From contig CAVYTU010000015.1 in NCBI GenBank assembly GCA_963771465.1, positions 320,001 through 384,000 of the forward strand: a stretch of DNA of 64,000 nt. Direction: 5' to 3'. How positions within the stretch are numbered: position 1 is the stretch's first letter; every line of letters begins with the position of its first letter. This DNA is from an uncultured delta proteobacterium (GTDB lineage Bacteria; Desulfobacterota; Binatia; UBA9968). The position numbers and the translations under genes were made by a program. The notes under the pieces are model-generated. The model saw only the letters and a list, made by a program, of their open reading frames with translations, made no database searches and was not told the DNA's origin. Shown in pieces: positions 21,509 through 31,824 of the stretch.

Positions 21509-22820
21509 TTAACCCCTTCTACCGCGCAACCGTCCCCGCTTCATGAATCCCTCGTAGTTGCGGGAGATCAGATGGGTTTCCATTTGCGCCACAGTATCCA
21601 ACGCGACGCCGACGACGATCAACAACGCCGTGCCGCCAAAATAGAAAGGCACATTGAACTGGCGCACTAAAATCGTCGGTAACAAGCAAACCACACAGAG
21701 ATAAATCGCCCCGCTCAGCGTGATGCGCGACAAAACGCGCTCGACATACTCGGCAGTTTTTTGCCCCGGCCGAATCCCAGGAATATAGCCGCCGGCTTTT
21801 TTCATATTCTCCGCCACGTCACTCGGGTTAAACACCACCGCGGTATAAAAGAACGCGAAAAAGATAATGAGAATGACAAAAACCATATCATGCAGCACCG
21901 TCCCCGGTGCCAGAGCCCCGGAAACCGTCTGCACCCAGGAATGACTGGCGAATTGTGACAGGGTCGCCGGGAAAATCAAAATCGACGAGGCGAAGATCGG
22001 CGGTATCACGTTGGCGGTGTTGATCTTGAGCGGCAGATGAGACGTCATGCCGCCATACATTTTCCGGCCCACCACACGCTTGGCATACTGAACCGGAATA
22101 CGCCGCTGTCCCCGTTCGACGAAAATGATCGCGCCAACCACGGCCACGCTCAAAACCAAAATCAACAACGCCACCAGCGGACCGAGCTCGCCTTCGCGCA
22201 TGAACTGGAGAGTCGTCGACACCGCCGATGGCAAACGCAGCGACAATGCCGGCGAAAATGATCAGCGAAATGCCGTTGCCGATACCGCGTTCGGTGATTT
22301 GCTCGCCCAGCCACATGATAAAGGCCGTGCCGGAAGTGAGCGTGATCACGGTCATGAAGCGAAAACTCCAACCGGGATTGAGCACCAGATTGTGGCCGCC
22401 CGGCCCTTGAGTGCCCTCCAGCCCGATGCTGATCATGGTGCCCTGAATAATCGACAAGACCACGGTGCCGTAGCGAGTATATTGAGTGATCTTGCGCCGG
22501 CCGATTTCGCCTTCTTTCGACAGCCTTTCTAAATACGGGAAAACCACGGTCAGCAGCTGGAGAATAATCGACGCGCTGATATAGGGCATTATGCCCAGGG
22601 AAAAAACTGAAAATTGTTCCAGCGCGCCGCCGGAAAATAAATTGAGAAAGCCGAACAGAGTGTTTTTCTGAGAATCAAAAAACGCCGCCATCGCCTGGCG
22701 GTCGATGCCCGGCGTCGGCACGTGGACGCCCAGGCGATAAACCGCCAGCATCCCCAGTACGAATAAGGCGCGCCGGCGCAGCTCGGGGATGCGCGAGGCA
22801 TTTTGAAAACCGCTAAGCAT
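21509..22820 (-). CDS. secY: Preprotein translocase SecY (1-nt frameshift at ~22238 in this sequence)
   Basis: N-half 22820-22239 ([28 protein letters not shown]) and C-half ([30 protein letters not shown]) are in different frames. Confidence 0.95.
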
Positions 22821-23265
22821 GGATTGCGATCAGCTCCACTTTGCCGCCGGCGGCTTCGATCATCGCTTTCGCCTTGGCGGAAAATCCATGGGCCCGTACC
22901 GTCAACGCTTTTGACAACGAACCGTCACCGAGGATTTTGATCCGTCGATTTTTGCCGTTAACCAACCCGTGCGCCGCCAAGGTTTCCGGTGTCGCTTCGC
23001 TCCCGGCAGGTAAGTTCTCCAGCTGGGCGAGATTGATCACCGTCATCTCGACACGAAAGATATTATGGAAACCGCGCTTGGGTAAGCGTCGCTGCAACGG
23101 CATCTGACCGCCCTCGAATCCGGGCTGGACATTGCCACCCGAGCGCGCGCCTTGGCCTTTGTGACCGCGACCGGACGTCTTGCCATGGCCCGAACCGTCG
23201 CCACGGCCGACCCGTTTACGTTTCTTGGTTGATCCGGGTGCCGGTTTTAATTCATCGAGTCTCAT
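22813..23265 (-). CDS. rplO: 50S ribosomal protein L15
   Basis: [36 protein letters not shown]. Confidence 0.98.
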   Translation of the reverse strand: MRLDELKPAPGSTKKRKRVGRGDGSGHGKTSGRGHKGQGARSGGNVQPGFEGGQMPLQRRLPKRGFHNIFRVEMTVINLAQLENLPAGSEATPETLAAHGLVNGKNRRIKILGDGSLSKALTVRAHGFSAKAKAMIEAAGGKVELIAIHA

Positions 23266-23267
23266 GA

Positions 23268-23771
23268 TTAACGAATCTCCGCCAAAACTTTTCCGCGCCG
23301 TTCGGCAATCTCTTCAGGCGCGCGCAGTTCGCGTAGCGCTTCGATCGTTGCCTTGACCATGTTGTGCGGGTTGTTGGAGCCCAAACATTTGGTCAGGACG
23401 TTCTGAATTCCGGATGCCTCGACCACCGCGCGCACGCCGCCGCCGGCGATCACGCCGGTACCATCCGACGCCGGTTTGAGAATGACATATCCGGCGCCGT
23501 AACGGCCGATCACTTCGAACGGTATCGTGCCATTCATCACCGGTACGCGAATCAGGTTTTTTTTGGCTTGCTCCAGGCCTTTACGGATCGCCTCGGGCAC
23601 CTCGTTGGCTTTGCCCATGCCGTAACCGACGACGGAGCGGCTATCGCCAACGACTATCAACGCGCTGAAGCTGAAACGCCGCCCACCCTTGACGACTTTG
23701 GCCACCCGGGCGATGTTAACCACTTTTTCTTTTAGTTCTAATCCTTGAGGATCGATACGTTCCAAATTCAC
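23268..23771 (-). CDS. rpsE: 30S ribosomal protein S5
   Basis: [24 protein letters not shown]. Confidence 0.98.
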   Translation of the reverse strand: MNLERIDPQGLELKEKVVNIARVAKVVKGGRRFSFSALIVVGDSRSVVGYGMGKANEVPEAIRKGLEQAKKNLIRVPVMNGTIPFEVIGRYGAGYVILKPASDGTGVIAGGGVRAVVEASGIQNVLTKCLGSNNPHNMVKATIEALRELRAPEEIAERRGKVLAEIR

Positions 23772-23790
23772 CTCTCGTTTCAGTGCGTCG

Positions 23791-24156
23791 CTAGAATTCT
23801 AATCCGCCCTCCCGGGCGCCGTCAGCTACCGCCTTAACCCGGCCATGATAGAGAAAACCGTTGCGGTCAAAAACGACCTTGGTGATATTTTTTGCCTTGC
23901 ACGCTTTGGCCAGCGCCAAGCCGACCTGTTTGGCGGTTTCGACGCCTTTGGTCTGCTTGGCTGCTTCCGCCAGCACCACCGACAATGTCGATACCGACGC
24001 CAAAGTCTTGCCTTGATTGTCGGAGATCACCTGCGCATAAATATGCCGGTTGCTGCGAAATACACAAATCCGCGGCCGCGCGTCGGTGCCAAGAACTTTC
24101 TTGCGCACCCGCTCTTGGCGCCGCCGTCGGCCAATGTCTGCTCGTTTAATCGCCAT
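23791..24156 (-). CDS. rplR: 50S ribosomal protein L18
   Basis: [27 protein letters not shown]. Confidence 0.98.
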   Translation of the reverse strand: MAIKRADIGRRRRQERVRKKVLGTDARPRICVFRSNRHIYAQVISDNQGKTLASVSTLSVVLAEAAKQTKGVETAKQVGLALAKACKAKNITKVVFDRNGFLYHGRVKAVADGAREGGLEF

Positions 24157-24173
24157 CTGTCGTCCTCAATCGA

Positions 24174-24725
24174 CTACTTTCCGCCCGCCGACCCGACCGC
24201 TTTGCCGGCTTTGCGCTTGATAAATTCTTCGCGGTACTTGATCCCCTTGCCCTTATACGGCTCGGGCGGCCGGAGACTGCGAATTTTAGCTGCGGTCTCG
24301 CCGAGCAACTGGCGGTCGGCGCCACTGAGTGTGATGACGATTTGGCGCTCCACCGCTGCCGTCACGCCTTGCGGCAAGGGAAAGACCACCGGGTGGGAAT
24401 AGCCCAGGGTCATATGGATGTCTTGCCCCTTGACCTCCGCGCGGTAGCCGACGCCGTTGATATCAAGCACTCGATTGAAACCCTGGCTCACACCTTGCGC
24501 CATGTTGGCGATCAGTTTACGGGTGAGACCGTGGAGCGCGCGCACTTTACGCTCTTCATTATCGCGCGCGACTTGCACGACACTGCCATCGACGATAACC
24601 TGCACGCCCGCGGGAATCGGCGCCTGGAGTTTGCCCTTGGGCCCTTCGAGCTTGACGGCTCCGGGGTCCACGACAACTTTCACGCCGGCAGGAATCGTTA
24701 CGGGCAACTTTCCGATACGTGACAC
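24174..24725 (-). CDS. rplF: 50S ribosomal protein L6
   Basis: MSRIGKLP, GVGYRA, PEPYKGKGI. Confidence 0.98.
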   Translation of the reverse strand: MSRIGKLPVTIPAGVKVVVDPGAVKLEGPKGKLQAPIPAGVQVIVDGSVVQVARDNEERKVRALHGLTRKLIANMAQGVSQGFNRVLDINGVGYRAEVKGQDIHMTLGYSHPVVFPLPQGVTAAVERQIVITLSGADRQLLGETAAKIRSLRPPEPYKGKGIKYREEFIKRKAGKAVGSAGGK

Positions 24726-24743
24726 ATTACACCTCGATATCGA

Positions 24744-25148
24744 CTACCAAACCGAACAAATAAGCTCGCCGCCGACCTTGGCGCGCTGCGCTTCCCGGTC
24801 GACAAGAATACCCTTGGGCGTCGACAAGACGTTAATGCCCAAACCTTTGCGCACCGGAATGGCCCCATTAGCACCGACATAAACCCGGCGCCCGGGAGTA
24901 CTCACCCGTTTCATGCCGCCGATGATCGGCCGATTCTCGCGGTCGAATTTGAGCTGAATAATTAACTCTTCGCCCCAGCCCACGGCCGCCTTCGCCTTCT
25001 TTTGGTCTTTCAGATAGCCCTCGGCGATTAGCACCTTAACGATGCTTTCCTTCAAACGCGACCACGGTACAGCAACTTTTTGGTGGCGCGCGCTCGAGGC
25101 ATTGCGAATCCGAGTCAACATATCCGCGATTGGATCGGTCATTGCCAT
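24744..25148 (-). CDS. rpsH: 30S ribosomal protein S8
   Basis: TDPIADMLTRIRN, STPGRRVY, GGELICSVW. Confidence 0.98.
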   Translation of the reverse strand: MAMTDPIADMLTRIRNASSARHQKVAVPWSRLKESIVKVLIAEGYLKDQKKAKAAVGWGEELIIQLKFDRENRPIIGGMKRVSTPGRRVYVGANGAIPVRKGLGINVLSTPKGILVDREAQRAKVGGELICSVW

Positions 25149-25160
25149 AATTTGCTCCGC

Positions 25161-25346
25161 TTACCAACTGGCCTTAATCAGCCCTGGAATATGCCCTTTG
25201 CGCGCATGATCGCGAAGGCATAGCCGGCACATCCGAAAGCGCCGGTAAAAAGCCCGCGACCGGCCGCACAGCGGACAACGATTGTATTCCCGCACTTTGA
25301 ACTTATTGGGCCTCTCGGCTTTGATTCTGAGACAAGTCTTGGCCAA
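25161..25346 (-). CDS. rpsN: 30S ribosomal protein S14 (type Z, C+)
   Basis: 61 aa; RCPLCGR..CRLCLR. Confidence 0.97.
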   Translation of the reverse strand: MAKTCLRIKAERPNKFKVREYNRCPLCGRSRAFYRRFRMCRLCLRDHARKGHIPGLIKASW

Positions 25347-25364
25347 TGGTCTTCTCCCTCTCGA

Positions 25365-25907
25365 TTAACTGGCGAACGGCATCCCCATCAGTTTGAGCAG
25401 CACGCGCCCTTCCTGATCGGTCTTCGCGGTCGTGGTGATCGTAATCGTCATGCCCCGGGTTTTTTCGACTTTATCAGCATGGATCTCGGGGAAAATAATT
25501 TGCTCCCGTAGACCCAATGAGTAATTGCCGCGGCCGTCGAAGGAGCGGTCCGAGATCCCTTTGAAGTCGCGCACCCGCGGCAACGCGACGTGAATCAAGC
25601 GGTCGAGAAACTCAAACATATGTTCCCGGCGCAAAGTCACCATGCAACCGATCGGCACGCCTTCGCGTAATTTGAAATTGGCGATCGCCTTTTTGGATTT
25701 TGTCACCACTGGCTTTTGCCCAGCGATGGCCGTGATTTCCGCCACCGTGCTGTCCATCGCCTTGGCATTTTGCGTCGACTCTCCGCCCAAGCCGACGTTC
25801 AAAGTGATCTTCTCCAGGCGCGGCACCTGCATGAAGTTCTTGTAACCGAACTCCTGCATCATAGCCGGCACCACATCAGTTAAATATTTACTCTTTAAAC
25901 GTGCCAT
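25365..25907 (-). CDS. rplE: 50S ribosomal protein L5
   Basis: [23 protein letters not shown]. Confidence 0.98.
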   Translation of the reverse strand: MARLKSKYLTDVVPAMMQEFGYKNFMQVPRLEKITLNVGLGGESTQNAKAMDSTVAEITAIAGQKPVVTKSKKAIANFKLREGVPIGCMVTLRREHMFEFLDRLIHVALPRVRDFKGISDRSFDGRGNYSLGLREQIIFPEIHADKVEKTRGMTITITTTAKTDQEGRVLLKLMGMPFAS

Positions 25908-25934
25908 CGGTTTTCACTTATCCGCTCGATTCAG

Positions 25935-26252
25935 TTAATCGAGAGCCTCCTGGCAGCGCCGGCAGATGCGAATTTTTTCGCCGTCCGCCAAAATCTTGTG
26001 GCCGATCCTAACCGGCGCATTACACTTATCGCACATGATCATGATGTTGGAAGCATGAATGCGCGCTTCCTTCTCGACGATGCCGCCGGGCTGCTGCGGA
26101 CCGCGCGGCTTGGTATGCCGCTTGACCATGTTGGTTCGTTCAATGATGACAGCGTCTTTATCCAACAGAACTCGCAGAACCTTCCCGGTCTTGCCCCGTT
26201 CCTTGCCGGCGATCACCATCACGCTGTCGTTTTTTCGAATCTGCACGAGCAA
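25935..26252 (-). CDS. rplX: 50S ribosomal protein L24
   Basis: VIAGKERGKTG, GGIVEKEA.IHASN. Confidence 0.97.
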   Translation of the reverse strand: MLVQIRKNDSVMVIAGKERGKTGKVLRVLLDKDAVIIERTNMVKRHTKPRGPQQPGGIVEKEARIHASNIMIMCDKCNAPVRIGHKILADGEKIRICRRCQEALD

Positions 26253-26273
26253 CTTCTCCCCCGGTTTTCCCGC

Positions 26274-26642
26274 CTAGAGTACTTCGGGCGCGAGCGAAAT
26301 GATCTTCATGAATTTTTTTGCTCTCAGTTCGCGCGCCACCGGTCCAAAGATACGCGTGCCGACCGGTTCTTTTTGATTGTCGATCAAGACCGCCGAGTTA
26401 TTGTCGAAGCGAATATAAGTGCCGTCGGGCCGTCCCAGTTCCTTGGCCGTGCGGACCACCACGGCTTTCATGACATCGCCTTTTTTGACCTTGGAGTTCG
26501 GTATCGCCTCTTTTACCGAAACTACGATGATGTCGCCAATGGAAGCGTATTTGCGCTTGCTGCCGCCCAAGACTTTAATGCACTGCACCCGGCGCGCTCC
26601 CGAGTTATCCGCCACGTCTAAATTCGTATGCGTTTGAATCAT
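26274..26642 (-). CDS. rplN: 50S ribosomal protein L14
   Basis: [26 protein letters not shown]. Confidence 0.98.
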   Translation of the reverse strand: MIQTHTNLDVADNSGARRVQCIKVLGGSKRKYASIGDIIVVSVKEAIPNSKVKKGDVMKAVVVRTAKELGRPDGTYIRFDNNSAVLIDNQKEPVGTRIFGPVARELRAKKFMKIISLAPEVL

Positions 26643-26677
26643 GAATCAACCTCGACCACCTTCACTCGTTTGCGTCC

Positions 26678-26962
26678 CTATGCCTTGGCCGCAGCGCCTT
26701 CCGCGCTGCGGGTCCGCTCGACCACTTTGCTAACGCGCCAGCGCTTATCGCGGCTGAGCGGCCGGCACTCGACGATCACGACGCGATCGCCGACATGACA
26801 CTGATTGCTCTCGTCATGCGCTTTGACCTTGGTGCGCCGTTTCAAAACCTTCTTGTAACGCGGATGCAGCACGGAGCGCTCAATCGAAACCACCACAGTT
26901 TTTTCCATCCGATTGCTGACGACTAATCCGCTGCGCTCTTTTCTGATCCCTCTATCGTTCAT
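26678..26962 (-). CDS. rpsQ: 30S ribosomal protein S17
   Basis: VVSNRMEKTVVV, HPRYKK, ECRPLSRDKRW. Start MNDRG at 26962. Confidence 0.97.
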   Translation of the reverse strand: MNDRGIRKERSGLVVSNRMEKTVVVSIERSVLHPRYKKVLKRRTKVKAHDESNQCHVGDRVVIVECRPLSRDKRWRVSKVVERTRSAEGAAAKA

Positions 26963-26963
26963 G

Positions 26964-27167
26964 CTAGCCTTTCGTATTCCGGAGCGCCCGCTCGCGCAGA
27001 ATGGTTTCAACCCGCGCCAAATCTCGCTTGGTCGCTTTGAGCGACATCGGATTCTCCAAACGGCTGGTGGCGCGTTTGAGTTTTAGGTGGCCGATTTCTT
27101 CGCGCAGTGAAACCAGCTTTTGCGCCAGATCGTCGGCGCTCAGGTCGCGCAGCTCTTTAGCTTCCAT
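26964..27167 (-). CDS. rpmC: 50S ribosomal protein L29
   Basis: MEAKELR..LENP....[11 protein letters not shown]. Confidence 0.95.
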   Translation of the reverse strand: MEAKELRDLSADDLAQKLVSLREEIGHLKLKRATSRLENPMSLKATKRDLARVETILRERALRNTKG

Positions 27168-27582
27168 GGGCTAGCCCTCGCCGTTCGATGGTAATCGTCG
27201 GAATCGAAAGTTTATGCGCCGCCAGGCGGAACGCCTCCTTAGCGAGGGTTGCCTCGACGCCTTCCATTTCGAACAAAATCCGTCCCGGCTGCACCACCGC
27301 AACCCACATTTCCGTCGCGCCTTTGCCTTTTCCCATGCGGGTTTCGAGCGCCTTCTTGGTCAGCGGCTTGTCCGGGAAGATGCGAATCCACACCTTGCCG
27401 CCGCGCTTAAGGTAACGCGTCAAGGCAACTCGCGCCGCTTCGATCTCACGCGCGCTCATCCAGCCGCGCGCCACCGCCTTCAATCCATAGTCGCCGAATG
27501 CCAAGGTCGAGCCCCGGTGCGCCGTGCCACGGCGCCGTCCCTTTTGCAGTTTCCGATATTTTACTTTTTTAGGTTCCAGCAT
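27157..27582 (-). CDS. rplP: 50S ribosomal protein L16
   Basis: [26 protein letters not shown]. Confidence 0.98.
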   Translation of the reverse strand: MLEPKKVKYRKLQKGRRRGTAHRGSTLAFGDYGLKAVARGWMSAREIEAARVALTRYLKRGGKVWIRIFPDKPLTKKALETRMGKGKGATEMWVAVVQPGRILFEMEGVEATLAKEAFRLAAHKLSIPTITIERRGLAHGS

Positions 27583-27628
27583 TTTCGCTATTTCTTATGT
27601 TGGTTAAATCCCGGCTCAGAGGTGTGCA

Positions 27629-28291
27629 TCAACCGCCCATCATCGCCTTCTGCTGTTCTTCTTCCGCGGTCAAAACTTCGCCTCTGAAAATCCACACCTT
27701 AACGCCGATAATCCCGTAGGTCGTGCGCGCTTCGGCAAAACCGTAACTGATATCGGCGCGCAACGTGTGCAGCGGCACCCGCCCCTCACGGTACCATTCC
27801 GTGCGCGCGATTTCAGAGCCACCCAGCCGGCCCGCCGATTGGATCTTCACCCCTTGGGCGCCCATACGCATGGCGCGCGACACGCTTTCTTTCATGGCTC
27901 GGCGAAAGGCGACGCGCCGCTCCAATTGGAGCGCGACGTTTTCCGCCGCCAGCTGGCCGTCCAAATCGGGACGGCGCACTTCGTGGATGTTGATATAGGT
28001 CTCACGATGGGTGAGCTTGGTAATCTCTTCTTTAAGCTTTTCGATTTCGGCGCCCTTCTTGCCGATGACGATGCCCGGACGGGCGGTGTGAATATTGATC
28101 TTGGCTTTGTTGGCGGCTCGCTCAATTTCTATCTTGGAAATCCCGGCGTGATACAACCGTGTCTTCAAAAACTTGGTAATGCGAAAATCTTCGTGCAACA
28201 GCTTGGGATAATCGTGGCGCGCGAACCACTTCGAATCCCACGTTTCGATCACGCCGAGGCGAAATAGTTTTGGATGTGTTTTCTGACCCAT
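27629..28291 (-). CDS. rpsC: 30S ribosomal protein S3
   Basis: [30 protein letters not shown]. Confidence 0.98.
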   Translation of the reverse strand: MGQKTHPKLFRLGVIETWDSKWFARHDYPKLLHEDFRITKFLKTRLYHAGISKIEIERAANKAKINIHTARPGIVIGKKGAEIEKLKEEITKLTHRETYINIHEVRRPDLDGQLAAENVALQLERRVAFRRAMKESVSRAMRMGAQGVKIQSAGRLGGSEIARTEWYREGRVPLHTLRADISYGFAEARTTYGIIGVKVWIFRGEVLTAEEEQQKAMMGG

Positions 28292-28297
28292 CAGGCC

Positions 28298-28642
28298 TTA
28301 GCTCCTCTCGGCGGTTTCATCGACGACGATCGTAATATGGCTCAGCCGTTTGCGGATGCTGGTCGCTCGCCCCTGCGCCCGCGGCATGAATCGCTTGGCC
28401 ATCCCGGCGCCGTCGACTTTCGCCTGTTTGACGAACAATCGGTCGACGTCGACGCTTTGGGTATTTTCCGCGTTCGCCACCGCCGTTCGGACGGTCTTGG
28501 CGACGAAGCCGGCAGAGCGTTTGGGAATAAACTTGAGAATATTCAGCGCCTCTTCGACACCCTTACCGCGGATTAGATCAACCACCAGACGCACCTTTTG
28601 CGGTGAGACCGGAATATATTTGGTAGTCGCGCGTGTTTCCAT
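28298..28642 (-). CDS. rplV: 50S ribosomal protein L22
   Basis: SPQKVRLVVDLIRG, PRAQGRA, SHITIVV. Confidence 0.98.
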   Translation of the reverse strand: METRATTKYIPVSPQKVRLVVDLIRGKGVEEALNILKFIPKRSAGFVAKTVRTAVANAENTQSVDVDRLFVKQAKVDGAGMAKRFMPRAQGRATSIRKRLSHITIVVDETAERS

Positions 28643-28716
28643 AAATTGACTGACTTTGTCTCGCCGATGCTTAACTCAGTAACGTCTCAATCTTCGCAGT
28701 ACCGTAAATTCGAAAA

Positions 28717-29058
28717 CTAGCTTTTCACCGCAGGCGCTGCGCCCGGCGCCGCTCGCGGCGCCGCCGGCGCGCCACTGGTCTCTTTCGCATCCGCTTTGCG
28801 GTCGCCCGAATGGGCATAAAAAGTCCTCGTCGGCGAAAACTCACCCAGTTTGTGGCCAACCATGTTCTCACTGACAAATACCGGAATAAACTTTCGGCCG
28901 TTATGCACGCCGATCGTCAGGCCAACCATCTCCGGCGTTACCGTGGAACGCCGTGACCAGGTGCGAATCACCTGGCGCTGGCGTGATTCGTTCATCGCGG
29001 CAACTTTTTTGCTCAGATGCTCATCGATGAAGGGTCCTTTTTTAACCGAACGCGCCAT
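28717..29058 (-). CDS. rpsS: 30S ribosomal protein S19 (with Ala/Pro-rich tail)
   Basis: [27 protein letters not shown]. Confidence 0.98.
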   Translation of the reverse strand: MARSVKKGPFIDEHLSKKVAAMNESRQRQVIRTWSRRSTVTPEMVGLTIGVHNGRKFIPVFVSENMVGHKLGEFSPTRTFYAHSGDRKADAKETSGAPAAPRAAPGAAPAVKS

Positions 29059-29060
29059 CT

Positions 29061-29888
29061 CTATCTACCCTTTCTTCGTTGCACGATATATTGATCCGAC
29101 GAATGATTTTTTCTCGTCTTATAGCCTTTGGTCGGCTTACCCCATGGGGTCATGGGGTGATTGCCCTTGGACCGTCCTTCGCCACCGCCATGAGGATGAT
29201 CGACGGGATTCTTGGCAATACCGCGGGTCGCGCCGCGAAAGCCCAACCAGCGCATCCTTCCCGCCTTACCCCAAGAAATATTTTCTTGGTCCGCGTTACC
29301 AACCTGTCCAACCGTGGCCCGGCACTCGGCCAAGACTCGGCGCAACTCTCCGGAAGGGAGCTTGAGCAACGCGTAGGTGCCTTCTTTCGCCATGAGCTGT
29401 GCACCCAACCCCGCGCTCCGCACCAGCTGTCCCCCCTTGCCGATCTTGAGCTCGATATTATGCAGGACGGTGCCCACGGGAATAAATTTCAGCGGCAACG
29501 AGTTGCCCGGTTGAATGTCGACGCCGCTGTCGCCGGCGATCACTGTCGCGCCGACTGATAAGCGCTCCGGCGCCAAGATATAGCGCCGCTCTCCGTCCTT
29601 GTAGCATAGCAGTGCGATGCGCGCTGAACGGTTGGGATCGTATTCGATCGCTTCGACTTTGGCCGGCACGTTAAACTTATTGCGTTTAAAATCGATCAGT
29701 CGATACAAACGCTTGTGGCCGCCGCCCCGATGATCTGCGGTGACTCGGCCTCTGTTGTTGCGCCCACCGCTCTTGGTAATCCTTTCAGTCAACCCCTTTT
29801 CCGGCCGGGCCTTGGTCACCTCCTCAAAGGTGAGCCCGGTGCGAAAACGCATGCCGGCGGAAGTCGGCCGGTAAGTTCTAATTCCCAT
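29061..29888 (-). CDS. rplB: 50S ribosomal protein L2
   Basis: [29 protein letters not shown]. Confidence 0.98.
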   Translation of the reverse strand: MGIRTYRPTSAGMRFRTGLTFEEVTKARPEKGLTERITKSGGRNNRGRVTADHRGGGHKRLYRLIDFKRNKFNVPAKVEAIEYDPNRSARIALLCYKDGERRYILAPERLSVGATVIAGDSGVDIQPGNSLPLKFIPVGTVLHNIELKIGKGGQLVRSAGLGAQLMAKEGTYALLKLPSGELRRVLAECRATVGQVGNADQENISWGKAGRMRWLGFRGATRGIAKNPVDHPHGGGEGRSKGNHPMTPWGKPTKGYKTRKNHSSDQYIVQRRKGR

Positions 29889-29928
29889 GATTGATGCTCT
29901 CTGTCTTTAGTCGCCCGAATTACGGATT

Positions 29929-30219
29929 TTATGCGCCGCCAAAAAAATCGATCTTGTCGCCCTCTTTGAGAGTAACGTAAGCTTTCTTCCAGTCCGAGCG
30001 CCGCCCCATACTGCGGCCGACGCGGCGTATCTTGCCGAGATAACGAGCCATCCGCACATCGACCACTTTGACTTTGAATAACGTTTCCACCGCGTACTTA
30101 ACTTCGATCTTGTTGGCGTCCGGCCGAACCCTAAACAAAAACTGATTGGCGCTCTCGGCCAAGGCCGTGCCTTTCTCGGAGATCAGCGGCGCTTGAATAA
30201 TATCTTGCGGCCCCTTCAT
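29929..30219 (-). CDS. rplW: 50S ribosomal protein L23
   Basis: PLISEK, ANKIEVK.AVE.LF.VKV, WKKAYVTL. Confidence 0.97.
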   Translation of the reverse strand: MKGPQDIIQAPLISEKGTALAESANQFLFRVRPDANKIEVKYAVETLFKVKVVDVRMARYLGKIRRVGRSMGRRSDWKKAYVTLKEGDKIDFFGGA

Positions 30220-30812
30220 TGAGCCAACCTTTCTTCCAATAGTTTGAGCGCGCCTTCGGTGAGAACCAGGTGGTCGTAACGCAGCAGATCGTAAACGTTC
30301 ACGCCTTCGACGCGCAGCACTTTTACTTTTGGCAAATTGCGCGCGGAGCGTTCGATAGTAGCATCCGCCCCAGCGATCACAATAAGCGCGCTGGTCACTT
30401 TTAGCTCGGCGAGAGCTTGGGCCATGATCTTGGTTTTGGCCGCTTCGAGTGAAAACTTATCGACGACGATAAGCTTGCCGTCGCGATTTTTGACACTCAA
30501 TGCCGACAGCAACGCTTCGCGCCGCGCCGTGCGCGGCATACGATAGGAATAATCGCGCGGCGTTGGGCCGAAAACCGTGCCGCCGCCAACCCAGATCGGC
30601 GAACGAATACTCCCAGCGCGCGCTCGCCCCGTGCCTTTTTGTTTAAATGGCTTCTTGCCGCCGCCCCGAACAAAACCTTTGGTTTTGGTCGCGGCGGTGC
30701 CGGCGCGTCGATTGGCCAACTGCATCACCACGGCCTGATGCAGCAAATGGGCGCGGGTTTTGGCGCCAAAGATGGCATCGTTGAGCTTGGGCTGAATAAC
30801 GTGGACGTCCAT
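30216..30812 (-). CDS. rplD: 50S ribosomal protein L4
   Basis: [27 protein letters not shown]. Confidence 0.98.
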   Translation of the reverse strand: MDVHVIQPKLNDAIFGAKTRAHLLHQAVVMQLANRRAGTAATKTKGFVRGGGKKPFKQKGTGRARAGSIRSPIWVGGGTVFGPTPRDYSYRMPRTARREALLSALSVKNRDGKLIVVDKFSLEAAKTKIMAQALAELKVTSALIVIAGADATIERSARNLPKVKVLRVEGVNVYDLLRYDHLVLTEGALKLLEERLAQ

Positions 30813-30837
30813 GATGATTTACCTAATTATCTTTAAC

Positions 30838-31470
30838 TTACTTTTTCACCGCAGGGCGTAGAACCACCACGCCTTGCTTCGAACCTGGCACCGCGCCGCG
30901 CACGAACATGAGATTTTCCTCAGCGCGAATGTCGACCACGAGAAGATTTTGCGTTGAGATTTGCTCATTGCCCCAATGACCGGCCATCTTCTTGCCTTTG
31001 CGCACGCGCCCCGGATAAGAGCGGTTACCGATGGAACCGCCGTGGCGAAAATATTCATGGGTGCCATGGGATCCAGGGAAACCGGCGAATGACCAGCGTT
31101 TGATAACGCCGGTGTAGCCGTGGCCCTTTGAAATGCCGGCAACATCGATCAAATCGCCGATCTTAAACAGATCGCTCGCTTTGATCTCCTGGCCGACTTC
31201 GTACTGAGAAACATCATCGAGACGAAACTCGCGCAGCACTTGGAAGGCGCCTTTGCCGGCCTTTGCCATATGGCCTTGGGCCGCTTTGTTGACCCGCTGC
31301 GCCTTCTTGCTGCCAAAGCCGACTTGCAGCGCCGTGTATCCGTCAGTGGTCACTTCTTTCTTCTGCACCACCACACACGGACCGGTCTCAACTACCGTCA
31401 CGGGAATGACATTTCCCTGGGCGTTGTAATACTGCATCATGCCAATTTTTCTGCCGATGAGCCCTGTCAT
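30838..31470 (-). CDS. rplC: 50S ribosomal protein L3
   Basis: KIGMMQ, DGYTALQVG, KGKKMAGHWG, GAVPG. Confidence 0.98.
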   Translation of the reverse strand: MTGLIGRKIGMMQYYNAQGNVIPVTVVETGPCVVVQKKEVTTDGYTALQVGFGSKKAQRVNKAAQGHMAKAGKGAFQVLREFRLDDVSQYEVGQEIKASDLFKIGDLIDVAGISKGHGYTGVIKRWSFAGFPGSHGTHEYFRHGGSIGNRSYPGRVRKGKKMAGHWGNEQISTQNLLVVDIRAEENLMFVRGAVPGSKQGVVVLRPAVKK

Positions 31471-31515
31471 ATTAAATTCCAAACTGCGCCAGTTACGAGC
31501 TAGGTAGACTTGCCG

Positions 31516-31824
31516 TTACTGAAGCTTGATCTCTACATCCACTCCCGCGGCGATATCGAGTTTACCCAAAGCGTCGATGGTCTGCTGCGTCGGCTCGAGA
31601 ATATCGAGCAGCCGTTTATGGGTACGAATTTCATACTGATCGCGCGACTTCTTGTCGACGTGGGGCGAGCGGTTGACGGTGAACCTTTCAATGCGAGTGG
31701 GCAGTGGGATCGGTCCCGCCACTCGCCCCCCGGTGCGTCTAACCGTCTCGACAATCTCACCCACCGATTGGTCCAGCACGCGGTGGTCATAGGCTTTCAG
31801 CCGAATTCTAATTTTCTCGTTCAT
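31516..31824 (-). CDS. rpsJ: 30S ribosomal protein S10
   Basis: [28 protein letters not shown]. Confidence 0.98.
   Translation of the reverse strand: MNEKIRIRLKAYDHRVLDQSVGEIVETVRRTGGRVAGPIPLPTRIERFTVNRSPHVDKKSRDQYEIRTHKRLLDILEPTQQTIDALGKLDIAAGVDVEIKLQ

Noticed and set aside
22232-22246. Programmed frameshift in secY
   Set aside because: No slippery sequence or stimulatory structure is evident; an error is more parsimonious
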